DNA of 64,000 nucleotides from Bacilli bacterium (GTDB lineage: Bacteria > Bacillota_I > Bacilli_A > RFN20 > CAG-826): assembly GCA_017651165.1 (NCBI GenBank), contig JAGCDH010000010.1, positions 17,658 to 81,657 of the forward strand, in the 5' to 3' direction. The notes below the pieces were generated by a model. That model saw only the letters and a program-made list of their open reading frames with translations. It made no database searches and was not told the origin of the DNA. Shown here piece by piece: positions 8,224 to 16,528 of the stretch. The translations under genes and the position numbers were made by a program. The first letter of the stretch is position 1. Each line of letters starts with the position of its first letter.

Positions 8224-9264
8224 TCAATCTAAATTAGGTTCGACGTAATTGCTATCGTATTCAAATTCGTAGAGCGTATTTGTCGTGGTACCAAAAGCAA
8301 TGAGACGATTTTTATCACTGACCGCGACGTTTTCATATTCTTCATAATAGCCAAGAGCACCAATGTCTTGGTAATCTTTGACTATGACACCATTACGTGT
8401 ATCAATCACGCGCATCTTTGGAGCGTTATCTGGATCGTTTTTCTTATGGAAAGAGAATGTTTGATAAAGGAAGCCATCAGAGATGAAGCCACCTTGAGTA
8501 GCGGTTTCACTTGGAAGAGTGAAAGTATCAAAGTAGCTATATTCGACCTCGATTTCCACTTCACGACGGCGATAATCAGGCATCGCAAAGGTGTAGTACA
8601 CCAATTGGCTATCACTAGATTTACGATAGGAGTTTTTGGTGTAACCACTATAAATGAGTAAATTGTACTCATAGTCATAGTAGGAGTTTGGATAATATAA
8701 ACGATTAGTGTCGTTGAATTTTAAAATGATTCTTTGCACTTCTTCTATACAGTAGACACCCGCTTTTTGATAGATACGGAAACCGATGGTTTGGCCGATA
8801 TTTTCCATTGAGATATAAAGAAGTGGGAATTTATCTTCCGCTGAATAATAGGTCGTACCAAAGAAACAAGTATTGCAGTGATATTTAGTGTTGGTTTGGC
8901 CGGTATAAATCGTGTGTGCCACATTCATGGTATCTAAATCATAGATGATGATACATTCAAAGTTATTTGAGCATAATAAATAGTAATTATGGTAGCATGT
9001 TCCACCTTGATAGTTTCCATAGGAAGAAATGTCGACGATGCGTTTAAGACGCTTGATTGATTTAAGTTCAAAAGTTCCGGCATCGGCTCTAAAGAAATTG
9101 CCTTCGAAATAAAGGTTTTCAAAGAAGTATTCACCACTGAAGAAATAATTCAATGTGGAGATGGTAATTGGTGCGGCAAAAGCAATTGAAACGAGGACTG
9201 GATATTTGACGATCCATTTCCACACTTTCATTAAGAAGAGCACAAAACGATTACTACTTTTCAT
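8224..9264 (-). CDS. Hypothetical membrane-anchored protein (one N-terminal TM, Tyr/Asn-rich external domain)
   Basis: 346-aa ORF. It overlaps the upstream ORF by 11 nt. No family recognised. Confidence 0.55.
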   Translation of the reverse strand: MKSSNRFVLFLMKVWKWIVKYPVLVSIAFAAPITISTLNYFFSGEYFFENLYFEGNFFRADAGTFELKSIKRLKRIVDISSYGNYQGGTCYHNYYLLCSNNFECIIIYDLDTMNVAHTIYTGQTNTKYHCNTCFFGTTYYSAEDKFPLLYISMENIGQTIGFRIYQKAGVYCIEEVQRIILKFNDTNRLYYPNSYYDYEYNLLIYSGYTKNSYRKSSDSQLVYYTFAMPDYRRREVEIEVEYSYFDTFTLPSETATQGGFISDGFLYQTFSFHKKNDPDNAPKMRVIDTRNGVIVKDYQDIGALGYYEEYENVAVSDKNRLIAFGTTTNTLYEFEYDSNYVEPNLD

Positions 9265-9955
9265 CTTTTTGAACCTCCTCTTTTTTTGGTAAAGCCTTAT
9301 TAAACTGCTTATAAATAAGCAATGTTATCACAAAATGGAAGATATAACTGAGCGCGATAAGACCCCAATCGCCATATAAGAAGAAGCGGTTCATAAAGCG
9401 ATTGACCATTACTAAATAGGTTCTTGATAATAACGCAAAGAGCAAATCTACGCCGAAGATAACGAGTGTTCCATACATCGCAAAGCGTGTCACTTTAGCG
9501 CCTTTTTCATGCCCGATTCTTTTAAACACTTCATTCGTCGCTTTGTAATACAAAAAATAAAATAAGACAAATAGGAAATCAGTCGTCCATTTTAAGCCGC
9601 GACCAACCGCTGCATAAACTGGCGTTTTGGTATCTTGTAAGATTCCAATGAATAAAATGGTCGCTAGATAGATATCAATCGTTAAAAATGAACGGAAGAA
9701 ATCTCGATTAATAGATCTTAGTTTGCTAAGCGTAATGATAAATAAAATGGAAGCCACATAGGCTAATGTACTGAAATATCGAAAGAAACGTGGCACACCG
9801 TTAATCGTGGTCGCGTTATTAATCGTTGAAATAATTAAAATGATTTGGCCAATAAAAATGAAAACAAAAAACTTGAGATAACGACGTGGATTATCTACGC
9901 GTGCTGCGAGTTCCTCGTTATTAAGCGATGTTCTATTTTCTTCCATGTTATTCAT
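9254..9955 (-). CDS. Hypothetical polytopic membrane protein (~6 TM)
   Basis: 233-aa ORF with hydrophobic segments throughout. No family recognised. Confidence 0.55.
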   Translation of the reverse strand: MNNMEENRTSLNNEELAARVDNPRRYLKFFVFIFIGQIILIISTINNATTINGVPRFFRYFSTLAYVASILFIITLSKLRSINRDFFRSFLTIDIYLATILFIGILQDTKTPVYAAVGRGLKWTTDFLFVLFYFLYYKATNEVFKRIGHEKGAKVTRFAMYGTLVIFGVDLLFALLSRTYLVMVNRFMNRFFLYGDWGLIALSYIFHFVITLLIYKQFNKALPKKEEVQKDEK

Positions 9956-9985
9956 TTAAGCACCCTATTTATAAACAAACAATTA

Positions 9986-11278
9986 TTATTTGTTTAGTGT
10001 TTCTCCATAAAGGTCATAAACGTAGGCTTCTAAGATGCGAACTTGTACTTTATCGCCTTCTTTTAATGCCCTATCGCTTCTAAATAAGATTTTACCATCG
10101 ATATCGTCAGGAGCGTTAAAGTAACTCCTTAATAAATAATAATCATTTTCTTTTCCGACCACTAAGCCTGTCATTACTTCGCCGATGTGGTGTTTGTTTT
10201 GTTCATATGAAATACCTTGTTGGAGTTCCATTAGTGTTTCTAAACGCTTTTGTTTGGTGTTTTCTCTTACTTGATGTGGGAAGTCATAAGACTTTGTTCC
10301 CTCTTCTCTTGAGTATTTAAAAGCGCCTAAATGGTCAAATTTGATTTCTTTAACAAACTCTAACATGTTATCAAAGTCTTCTTTAGTTTCACCTGGAAAA
10401 CCCACCATAATGGTGGTTCTAAGGATAGCGTGAGGAATTTTATTCCTGATCTTCGCAAAGAGCTCTTTTAGGTAAGTTTTATCGCCGCGCCTATTCATGG
10501 CTTTTAAGATTTTATCTTCGCTATGTTGGATTGGAATATCAAAGTATGGAGTTAATCTTTCTTCTTTAGCGATTAAATCGATGAGTTCATCAGTAATTTC
10601 ATCGGGATATAAATAAAGAAGGCGGATATATTCTAAGCCTTGAATCTTTAATAACTCCTTAAGGAGATCCACAATTGTTTTCTTTTCTTTAAGGTCCAAG
10701 CCATAACGGGTTGTATCTTGTTCTAAAACGATTAGTTCTTTATAGCCCTCGTTAGCGAGTTTCTTGGCTTCCTCAATAACACTTTCAAACGGACGTGAGA
10801 CATATGGTCCTCTAATAAGAGGAATCGCACAATATGTGCAACAATTTGAACAACCTTCACCAATTTTTAAATAAGCAGAATAACTACCTGTAGACACTAA
10901 ACGATAATTATCATTTAATCCTTCGTAGTTAGTGAGTTCATTATCTAATGTCGCAAGTAAAGCGTTAAAGCGTGGATAGTCTCTAATTGGAATCCATAAG
11001 TCTACTTCTGGAATCTCTTTAGCTAGTTCATCTTTGTAGCGATTCACTAAACAGCCGGTGACCACCACTTTTTGTTTTTTGCCGATATTATCAAGAATTG
11101 TGTCGATGCTTTCTTTCTTACTGGATTCTACGAATCCACATGTATTGATAATTAAGATATCCGCTTCCTCTTTATTGTTAACAATCTCGTAATGATTTTT
11201 TAAGAGCAAACCTAAAATATTCTCACTATCGACGAGATTTTTTTCACATCCCAAAGAGATGAGAGCAACTTTTTTCAT
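9986..11278 (-). CDS. rimO: Ribosomal protein S12 methylthiotransferase RimO
   Basis: 430 aa. The N-terminus MKKVALISLGCEKNLVDSE is typical of RimO. The radical-SAM motif is CSNCCTYC, followed by a TRAM-like C-terminus. Confidence 0.9.
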   Translation of the reverse strand: MKKVALISLGCEKNLVDSENILGLLLKNHYEIVNNKEEADILIINTCGFVESSKKESIDTILDNIGKKQKVVVTGCLVNRYKDELAKEIPEVDLWIPIRDYPRFNALLATLDNELTNYEGLNDNYRLVSTGSYSAYLKIGEGCSNCCTYCAIPLIRGPYVSRPFESVIEEAKKLANEGYKELIVLEQDTTRYGLDLKEKKTIVDLLKELLKIQGLEYIRLLYLYPDEITDELIDLIAKEERLTPYFDIPIQHSEDKILKAMNRRGDKTYLKELFAKIRNKIPHAILRTTIMVGFPGETKEDFDNMLEFVKEIKFDHLGAFKYSREEGTKSYDFPHQVRENTKQKRLETLMELQQGISYEQNKHHIGEVMTGLVVGKENDYYLLRSYFNAPDDIDGKILFRSDRALKEGDKVQVRILEAYVYDLYGETLNK

Positions 11279-14200
11279 TATTCAGTCCTTAATGCGACAA
11301 CTGGATCTTGTCTAGAAGCGTGCATACTTGGAATGAAGCCCGCTAAGACGGATAAGAGGATGCTTAAGCCTATCATGATACCGATAATTGGTAATGTTAA
11401 GACGGCGATTGCAGGGATACCAAATGGTGACACTACTGCGTTAATAATCAAACAAACAATGCCTGTTACCACAATACCGATGATGCCACTCATCGTACCA
11501 GTAACCAGGTTCTCGGCAATGAATAGACGTGAAACGTCTCTCTTTCGACCACCAAGAGAACGGATAACACCAATTTCCTTAACTCTTTCCATGACCGAGA
11601 TATACGTAATAACCGCAATCATGAAGGAAGAAACGACCAAGGATAATGAGGTGAAAATAACTAACGCGGTCGTAATAATTGTAATCATTGTATTGATGAC
11701 ACTAATGATCATCGAAATTGTATCAGTATAGGTTAATTCACTACGTTCAGCATAAGTGAGTAAATTCTCCTCGTCAGTGCGGTCTGGATCGTGAAGCACG
11801 ATGTCTTTCTTTTCGTTCCATTGATCGAGGTATTTGTTCACTTTGTTTTTGTATTGGAAGTTGACTGGATAGATATCCATTTCCACTGGTAAGTTATCAC
11901 GATACTCATAGCCAGTGATATTACCATCTGTGTCTGTTAATGTGAGCTGTTTCAAACCACAAAGAGAACGGAAATGGGTTTCATTTTCTTCAGCGTAATC
12001 AACGCCAGTGATGTTGGAAAGAAGCGAAGAGAACGAGGAGTTCAAGTCACCATTTAAGCAAGAAGCAAAACCAGTATCCATGAATGGATTATCTGGATCT
12101 GAATAATCTGGATATCTAAAAGTTACATAAGCATTATAGATTGAAGTTTGTTTAGAAGCGGTCTCCATACACATACTTTCAAAGTGTTTGGTAATCGCAC
12201 TATTCTTCGCATCATTCATATATTTGGCTTGGAATTCTTTGGTGTAATAAACACCACGTCTTAAACAACCAAAATTAACACCTTTCTTTGGTTTTAAGAT
12301 ACCGGCAACTTTCATTTCTACACCACCAGTCCAAGATGGATCAGCTTGAGCTGGATATTGGAAAGCGGTAATTTCTCTTTGCTCAGTTTTTTCTTTATTA
12401 CATAAGAAAGACTCAGTTGTTGGAGCGCCACCAAGAATGAGATTTTGTAAATTCGTTGAAACAACTGCGGTTGTATCATCGCCACTTTCAATGTTGACGA
12501 TAGAAAGAGCAGCATAGTCTGATGGCTGCAAGCCACCACCACCAGCGATCAGTCTAATCGCTTGATCGGAAGGAATGCAGATAAATGTACCTGTGGTTGG
12601 ATCTTGGCCTTCTTCTTCTGGATCCGCTAACATGTCAACAAATTTATCACCATTATAGAAAGAGGCGATTAATGGAGAAGCTGCTGGATTAGTTGGATCG
12701 TAATCATATTTCATCTTCACAAGATAGACACTTTCATATGAGTTTGGATTGATAGTAAGGTGAGTACCATTGTAAACAATGGCGTTGAATAAACTCATCG
12801 TTGAATTGTCGCTATAAGAAATGACATAGAATTCATCATCGGTGTCTGTTCTTAAGACGACATTGTATTCATTAAAGGCACTATCTTCGAGTTCTTTTGG
12901 CGATGTGCCGTAGATTGTGTCGTGTGGATAATATGTGAACTGTTTGCCCATCAATTCTTGGAAGCTTAAAGCACCACGATATGGATACTTTGTATCCAAT
13001 TGATCGAGTTCCTCCTGTGGAGTTTCTGGGTCATATTTCTTAATTGCCTTCTTGGCAATATTCATAAGTTCTTCTTCTTGGTAATAACCCATTTGAGCAA
13101 AGACCAAATCGGTTAAGGTTTGATCGCCTTCCACGACTAACATAATTTCGTTTTCATTTTGTGGGAAGTGTGCGTTTTCACCTAATAAATCATATTGGGT
13201 TAAGATGTAATCTTCACCGCCTGGAAGCAAAAGCATGAAGTCTGTGAATAAATCCACATATTGCGCATATTGTTCAAAACCAGGAACTGTGTGAAGTTCA
13301 CCGATATATCTTTGTGTTAAACCGTTAAGGGAAATTTTGCACTGTTCTCTCAAGCCTGTGTCAGCATCTGTATAAGACCAATCAGCAAAGATGTTATTTG
13401 TAGGGTCAATACCATATTTATATGAGATAGAGGAAATATACTCCGCTGGAATCTCTTTGACGAATTGGACTAAATCATCGTTAATTTCATTAGTTTTAAC
13501 TGACATGATGTCGTTATATTTATCCATCAAGTAGTCAATCATGGAATTAAGACCAACTTCAGTTTTAGTATCAAAATCTTTGATTTTTGAATCGGTATTA
13601 GCGTATAAGCCAGTCATCAAAGATGAGTAGTCAACGGCTTCTTCGGCAATCTGGAGAGGATAGCTGGACAACATATCATCTTGCATATCGTGGATGTACA
13701 TATGAACACCTGTAGACGCAGATAAGACTGTGGCCACACCAAAGATACCAATACTACCTGCGATAGAAACGAGAATTGTTCTCTTGGATTTGGATAACAA
13801 GTTGGAAACAGATAGCGCGGTCGCTGTTAAGAAGGACATTGAGCTCTTTTTCTTTTTACCCTTGTTCACTTCTTCCTCGGCTTCTTGTTCCGCAGGATAC
13901 TCTTCTTTAGAATCATCGTATGGATTGCTATCACCTTTGATAGAGCCATCGAACATATTAACGATACGGGTCGCGTATTTTTCCGCTAAATCTGGGTTAT
14001 GGGTAACCATGATGACCAAGCGGTCTTTAGCCACTTCTTTGAGAAGATCCATAACTTGGATGGATGTTTCACTATCAAGAGCGCCGGTTGGTTCATCGGC
14101 TAATAAGATTTCTGGGTTATTAATTAAAGCACGAGCGATAGCCACTCTTTGCATTTGACCACCAGAGAGTTGATTTGGTTTCTTTTTCTCCATGCCTTTT

Positions 14201-14595
14201 AAGCCGACTTTTTCTAACGCGGCATAGGCTCTTTCTTTTCTCTCTTTTTTATCAACACCCGCAATGGTTAAAGCGAGTTCAACGTTTTTGCATACTGATT
14301 GGTGACCGATTAAGTTATAGGCTTGAAAGACAAAACCAACAGAATGGTTGCGATATGTATCCCAATCACGATCGGTATAGTTCTTCGTGGATTTACCTTT
14401 GATGATTAAATCACCATCGCTATAGCGATCTAAGCCACCGATAATATTTAATAATGTGGTTTTACCACAGCCTGAAGGACCTAAAATTGCGACGAATTCA
14501 TTACGCCTAAAACTAAGAGATAATCCTCTTAAAGCCCTTACAGGTTCTTGATCCTTCATCAAGTAATTCTTTTTAACATCAACTAGTCTAAGCAT
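11278..14595 (-). CDS. Fused ABC transporter (N-terminal ATPase plus FtsX/MacB-type permease) with a very large extracytoplasmic domain
   Basis: Walker A is GPSGCGKTT, the signature is LSGGQMQR and Walker B is LLADEPTG. TM1 lies near aa 265-290, followed by ~680 aa of external domain and three C-terminal FtsX-type TM helices. The ATG at 14595 (MLRLVDVKKNY) is preceded by GAAGGA. Its stop overlaps the rimO start as TAATG. Confidence 0.85.
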   Translation of the reverse strand: MLRLVDVKKNYLMKDQEPVRALRGLSLSFRRNEFVAILGPSGCGKTTLLNIIGGLDRYSDGDLIIKGKSTKNYTDRDWDTYRNHSVGFVFQAYNLIGHQSVCKNVELALTIAGVDKKERKERAYAALEKVGLKGMEKKKPNQLSGGQMQRVAIARALINNPEILLADEPTGALDSETSIQVMDLLKEVAKDRLVIMVTHNPDLAEKYATRIVNMFDGSIKGDSNPYDDSKEEYPAEQEAEEEVNKGKKKKSSMSFLTATALSVSNLLSKSKRTILVSIAGSIGIFGVATVLSASTGVHMYIHDMQDDMLSSYPLQIAEEAVDYSSLMTGLYANTDSKIKDFDTKTEVGLNSMIDYLMDKYNDIMSVKTNEINDDLVQFVKEIPAEYISSISYKYGIDPTNNIFADWSYTDADTGLREQCKISLNGLTQRYIGELHTVPGFEQYAQYVDLFTDFMLLLPGGEDYILTQYDLLGENAHFPQNENEIMLVVEGDQTLTDLVFAQMGYYQEEELMNIAKKAIKKYDPETPQEELDQLDTKYPYRGALSFQELMGKQFTYYPHDTIYGTSPKELEDSAFNEYNVVLRTDTDDEFYVISYSDNSTMSLFNAIVYNGTHLTINPNSYESVYLVKMKYDYDPTNPAASPLIASFYNGDKFVDMLADPEEEGQDPTTGTFICIPSDQAIRLIAGGGGLQPSDYAALSIVNIESGDDTTAVVSTNLQNLILGGAPTTESFLCNKEKTEQREITAFQYPAQADPSWTGGVEMKVAGILKPKKGVNFGCLRRGVYYTKEFQAKYMNDAKNSAITKHFESMCMETASKQTSIYNAYVTFRYPDYSDPDNPFMDTGFASCLNGDLNSSFSSLLSNITGVDYAEENETHFRSLCGLKQLTLTDTDGNITGYEYRDNLPVEMDIYPVNFQYKNKVNKYLDQWNEKKDIVLHDPDRTDEENLLTYAERSELTYTDTISMIISVINTMITIITTALVIFTSLSLVVSSFMIAVITYISVMERVKEIGVIRSLGGRKRDVSRLFIAENLVTGTMSGIIGIVVTGIVCLIINAVVSPFGIPAIAVLTLPIIGIMIGLSILLSVLAGFIPSMHASRQDPVVALRTE

Positions 14596-14685
14596 AAACA
14601 AAATCCTTCAATATATATTGAATAATAGCAACACAAAAAAAGAAATGCAATTTAAATGCATTTGACTTAATAAAAAAAGCCACCC

Positions 14686-15195
14686 CTAACGGTTGGCTAA
14701 TCGGCTTAACGCCCAAGAACCTTCTTCTTCTGTGTTGATGTTATGTGGGGTTGGCCATTCTTTATTTGTGCCTGTTTTAATGGAGGCTTGTTGTAAGAGA
14801 ATAGCGAGTAATTTTTTACGTTTGGCAAGGATCAAAAGATAGACAATTAAAGCGAATGCAGCAATACAAAAGCAGGTTAACGCTCCATACATGAATGAAT
14901 AGGCGAAGAATAAGGTGTTTTTGGTGAGGAAAAACGCCGTCAAAAACCCAGCGCCCAAAAGCACAAAGATGAGGAGGGCGATTGGGAGTGGGCGATTAAT
15001 ACGGTAATACTGCTTTTCTAGAGAACGCACATCACGATAGTTTTCGATTTTATCGCGGTCTCTTTCCATTGTTAAAAGAATGGCTTCTTCCGCTCTAATT
15101 GGTTCTTTATCCACGACTTCCCAACCGAAATATTCATTGATTTCAATGAACTTATCGAGTTTGGCCATTGTTAACTTCTTAGTTTTTCTTTCCAT
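14686..15195 (-). CDS. Small membrane protein (cytoplasmic N-domain plus 2 TM), paralogue of the next gene
   Basis: 169-aa ORF. It shares a layout with 15179..15649: FGWEV / FDWKL, MERDRD / FERNEN, then two TM helices. Confidence 0.5.
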   Translation of the reverse strand: MERKTKKLTMAKLDKFIEINEYFGWEVVDKEPIRAEEAILLTMERDRDKIENYRDVRSLEKQYYRINRPLPIALLIFVLLGAGFLTAFFLTKNTLFFAYSFMYGALTCFCIAAFALIVYLLILAKRKKLLAILLQQASIKTGTNKEWPTPHNINTEEEGSWALSRLANR

Positions 15196-15649
15196 AGCGT
15201 TCTCTTAAGGCCAACATTTTTTGTTCGGCTTGTTTGACGATTTCTTGCTCGTTTGCTAAATACTTCATGAGTTGTCGACCACGTAAGTAGAAGATCGCGA
15301 CATCAATTGATAAACAAACAGCCGCAGGGATGAAGAAAAAAAGGAATATTTTTAAGGAATCTAGTCCTTTAATCTTTAATAAATAAAGAATTAACGCTGT
15401 GGTCATTAAACCAAATGCGATACCGACGAAGATGAGAAGAACCCAGAAAGGAATAAGTCTTGGGGAGGTTTCTTTTTCAATCTCCACCATTTCTTGATAA
15501 TAAGGAACGTTCTCATTGCGTTCAAAATAAAGAATGCTTGGCGCATTTTCGTGTTTCTCTTCTTTGATTAATTTCCAATCAAAAAGACCCATCAAATAGA
15601 CAGAACGAGTGACGGAATGAGAATTCACTTTTCTTTGGCAGGTTTCCAT
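15179..15649 (-). CDS. Small membrane protein (cytoplasmic N-domain plus 2 TM)
   Basis: 156-aa ORF. It overlaps the downstream paralogue by 17 nt. The start codon is uncertain (15649 or 15592). Confidence 0.5.
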   Translation of the reverse strand: METCQRKVNSHSVTRSVYLMGLFDWKLIKEEKHENAPSILYFERNENVPYYQEMVEIEKETSPRLIPFWVLLIFVGIAFGLMTTALILYLLKIKGLDSLKIFLFFFIPAAVCLSIDVAIFYLRGRQLMKYLANEQEIVKQAEQKMLALRERYGKKN

Positions 15650-15742
15650 ATTGTTATTTTAGCGGTATCAATAGATATCCTCAACATTTATTTTTAATAA
15701 ATAAGAGTCCTATATCTTGCTAACTCATTTAATTGGGTTATA

Positions 15743-16306
15743 ATGATAATGTTACAGAATATGATAAATCGTAAACACAGCACAAAAGACTACATTACCA
15801 TCGCTTTATATTATTTGATGTCCAAAAAAGACTATGAATCCACCACAGTCACTGACATCTGCAATAAAGCTCGTGTTTCTCGTATGTCTTTCTATCGTTA
15901 CTTCAATAATAAAGAAGATATTTTCATTAACTACTGCGATGAAAGATTTGAAGAGTTTTTCGCCGAAGTTAAAGAAAAGAACATTACCGATATTAGATCT
16001 TTCATGATTGAGTTATTCCTCTTCCTTAAGAAATACGCTCGCCAAGTCAATGTCTTAAAGAAAGCCCATAAAGAAAACTTAATCGTTGAGAAGTTTACTG
16101 ATTACGGCACATATTTAGCCCAACACATCAACCTTATGGTTGATAATAATCCGATTGCTAATAGAATATTAGCAGCCTTCTTAGCTGGTGGTACCGCGAA
16201 CATCTTGTTATTATGGTTCGAATTAGGCTTAGATGTCCCACCAGAAGAAATGGCGGAAATCGCCACGAACATCTTCCGTTCGTTAGGGGAAAAATCATTT
16301 AAATAA
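15743..16306 (+). CDS. TetR/AcrR family transcriptional regulator
   Basis: The N-terminal HTH TVTDICNKARVSRMSFYRYFNNKEDIF is typical of TetR_N. The start may be 15749 (see the leaderless finding). Confidence 0.8.
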   Translation: MIMLQNMINRKHSTKDYITIALYYLMSKKDYESTTVTDICNKARVSRMSFYRYFNNKEDIFINYCDERFEEFFAEVKEKNITDIRSFMIELFLFLKKYARQVNVLKKAHKENLIVEKFTDYGTYLAQHINLMVDNNPIANRILAAFLAGGTANILLLWFELGLDVPPEEMAEIATNIFRSLGEKSFK

Positions 16307-16528
16307 TTAATCGCCTATATACACGATATTGATAGCGTTTCAAAGAGAAAAAAACAGAAAACTATACACTGTATAAATTTGTGCTTTTTCCTCTTTTATT
16401 TTATATATTACATTTAATACTATATATGCACACGTCCTAGAAAATGTGTCACCATTTTTTGGGTCAATCATCCATAAGTATTTGAGGAAATACTTTTAGT
16501 ATCACTTGGACATATAAGGAGAAGCTTT

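Noticed and set aside
16310-16440. Possible NrdR boxes upstream of nrdD. These are AT-rich strings such as ACACTGTATAAATTTGTG and ATACTATATATGCACA.
   Set aside because: Neither fits the 16-bp palindrome acaCwAtATaTwGtgt in both half-sites and spacing. There is no nrdR gene in the window. A motif scan is needed.
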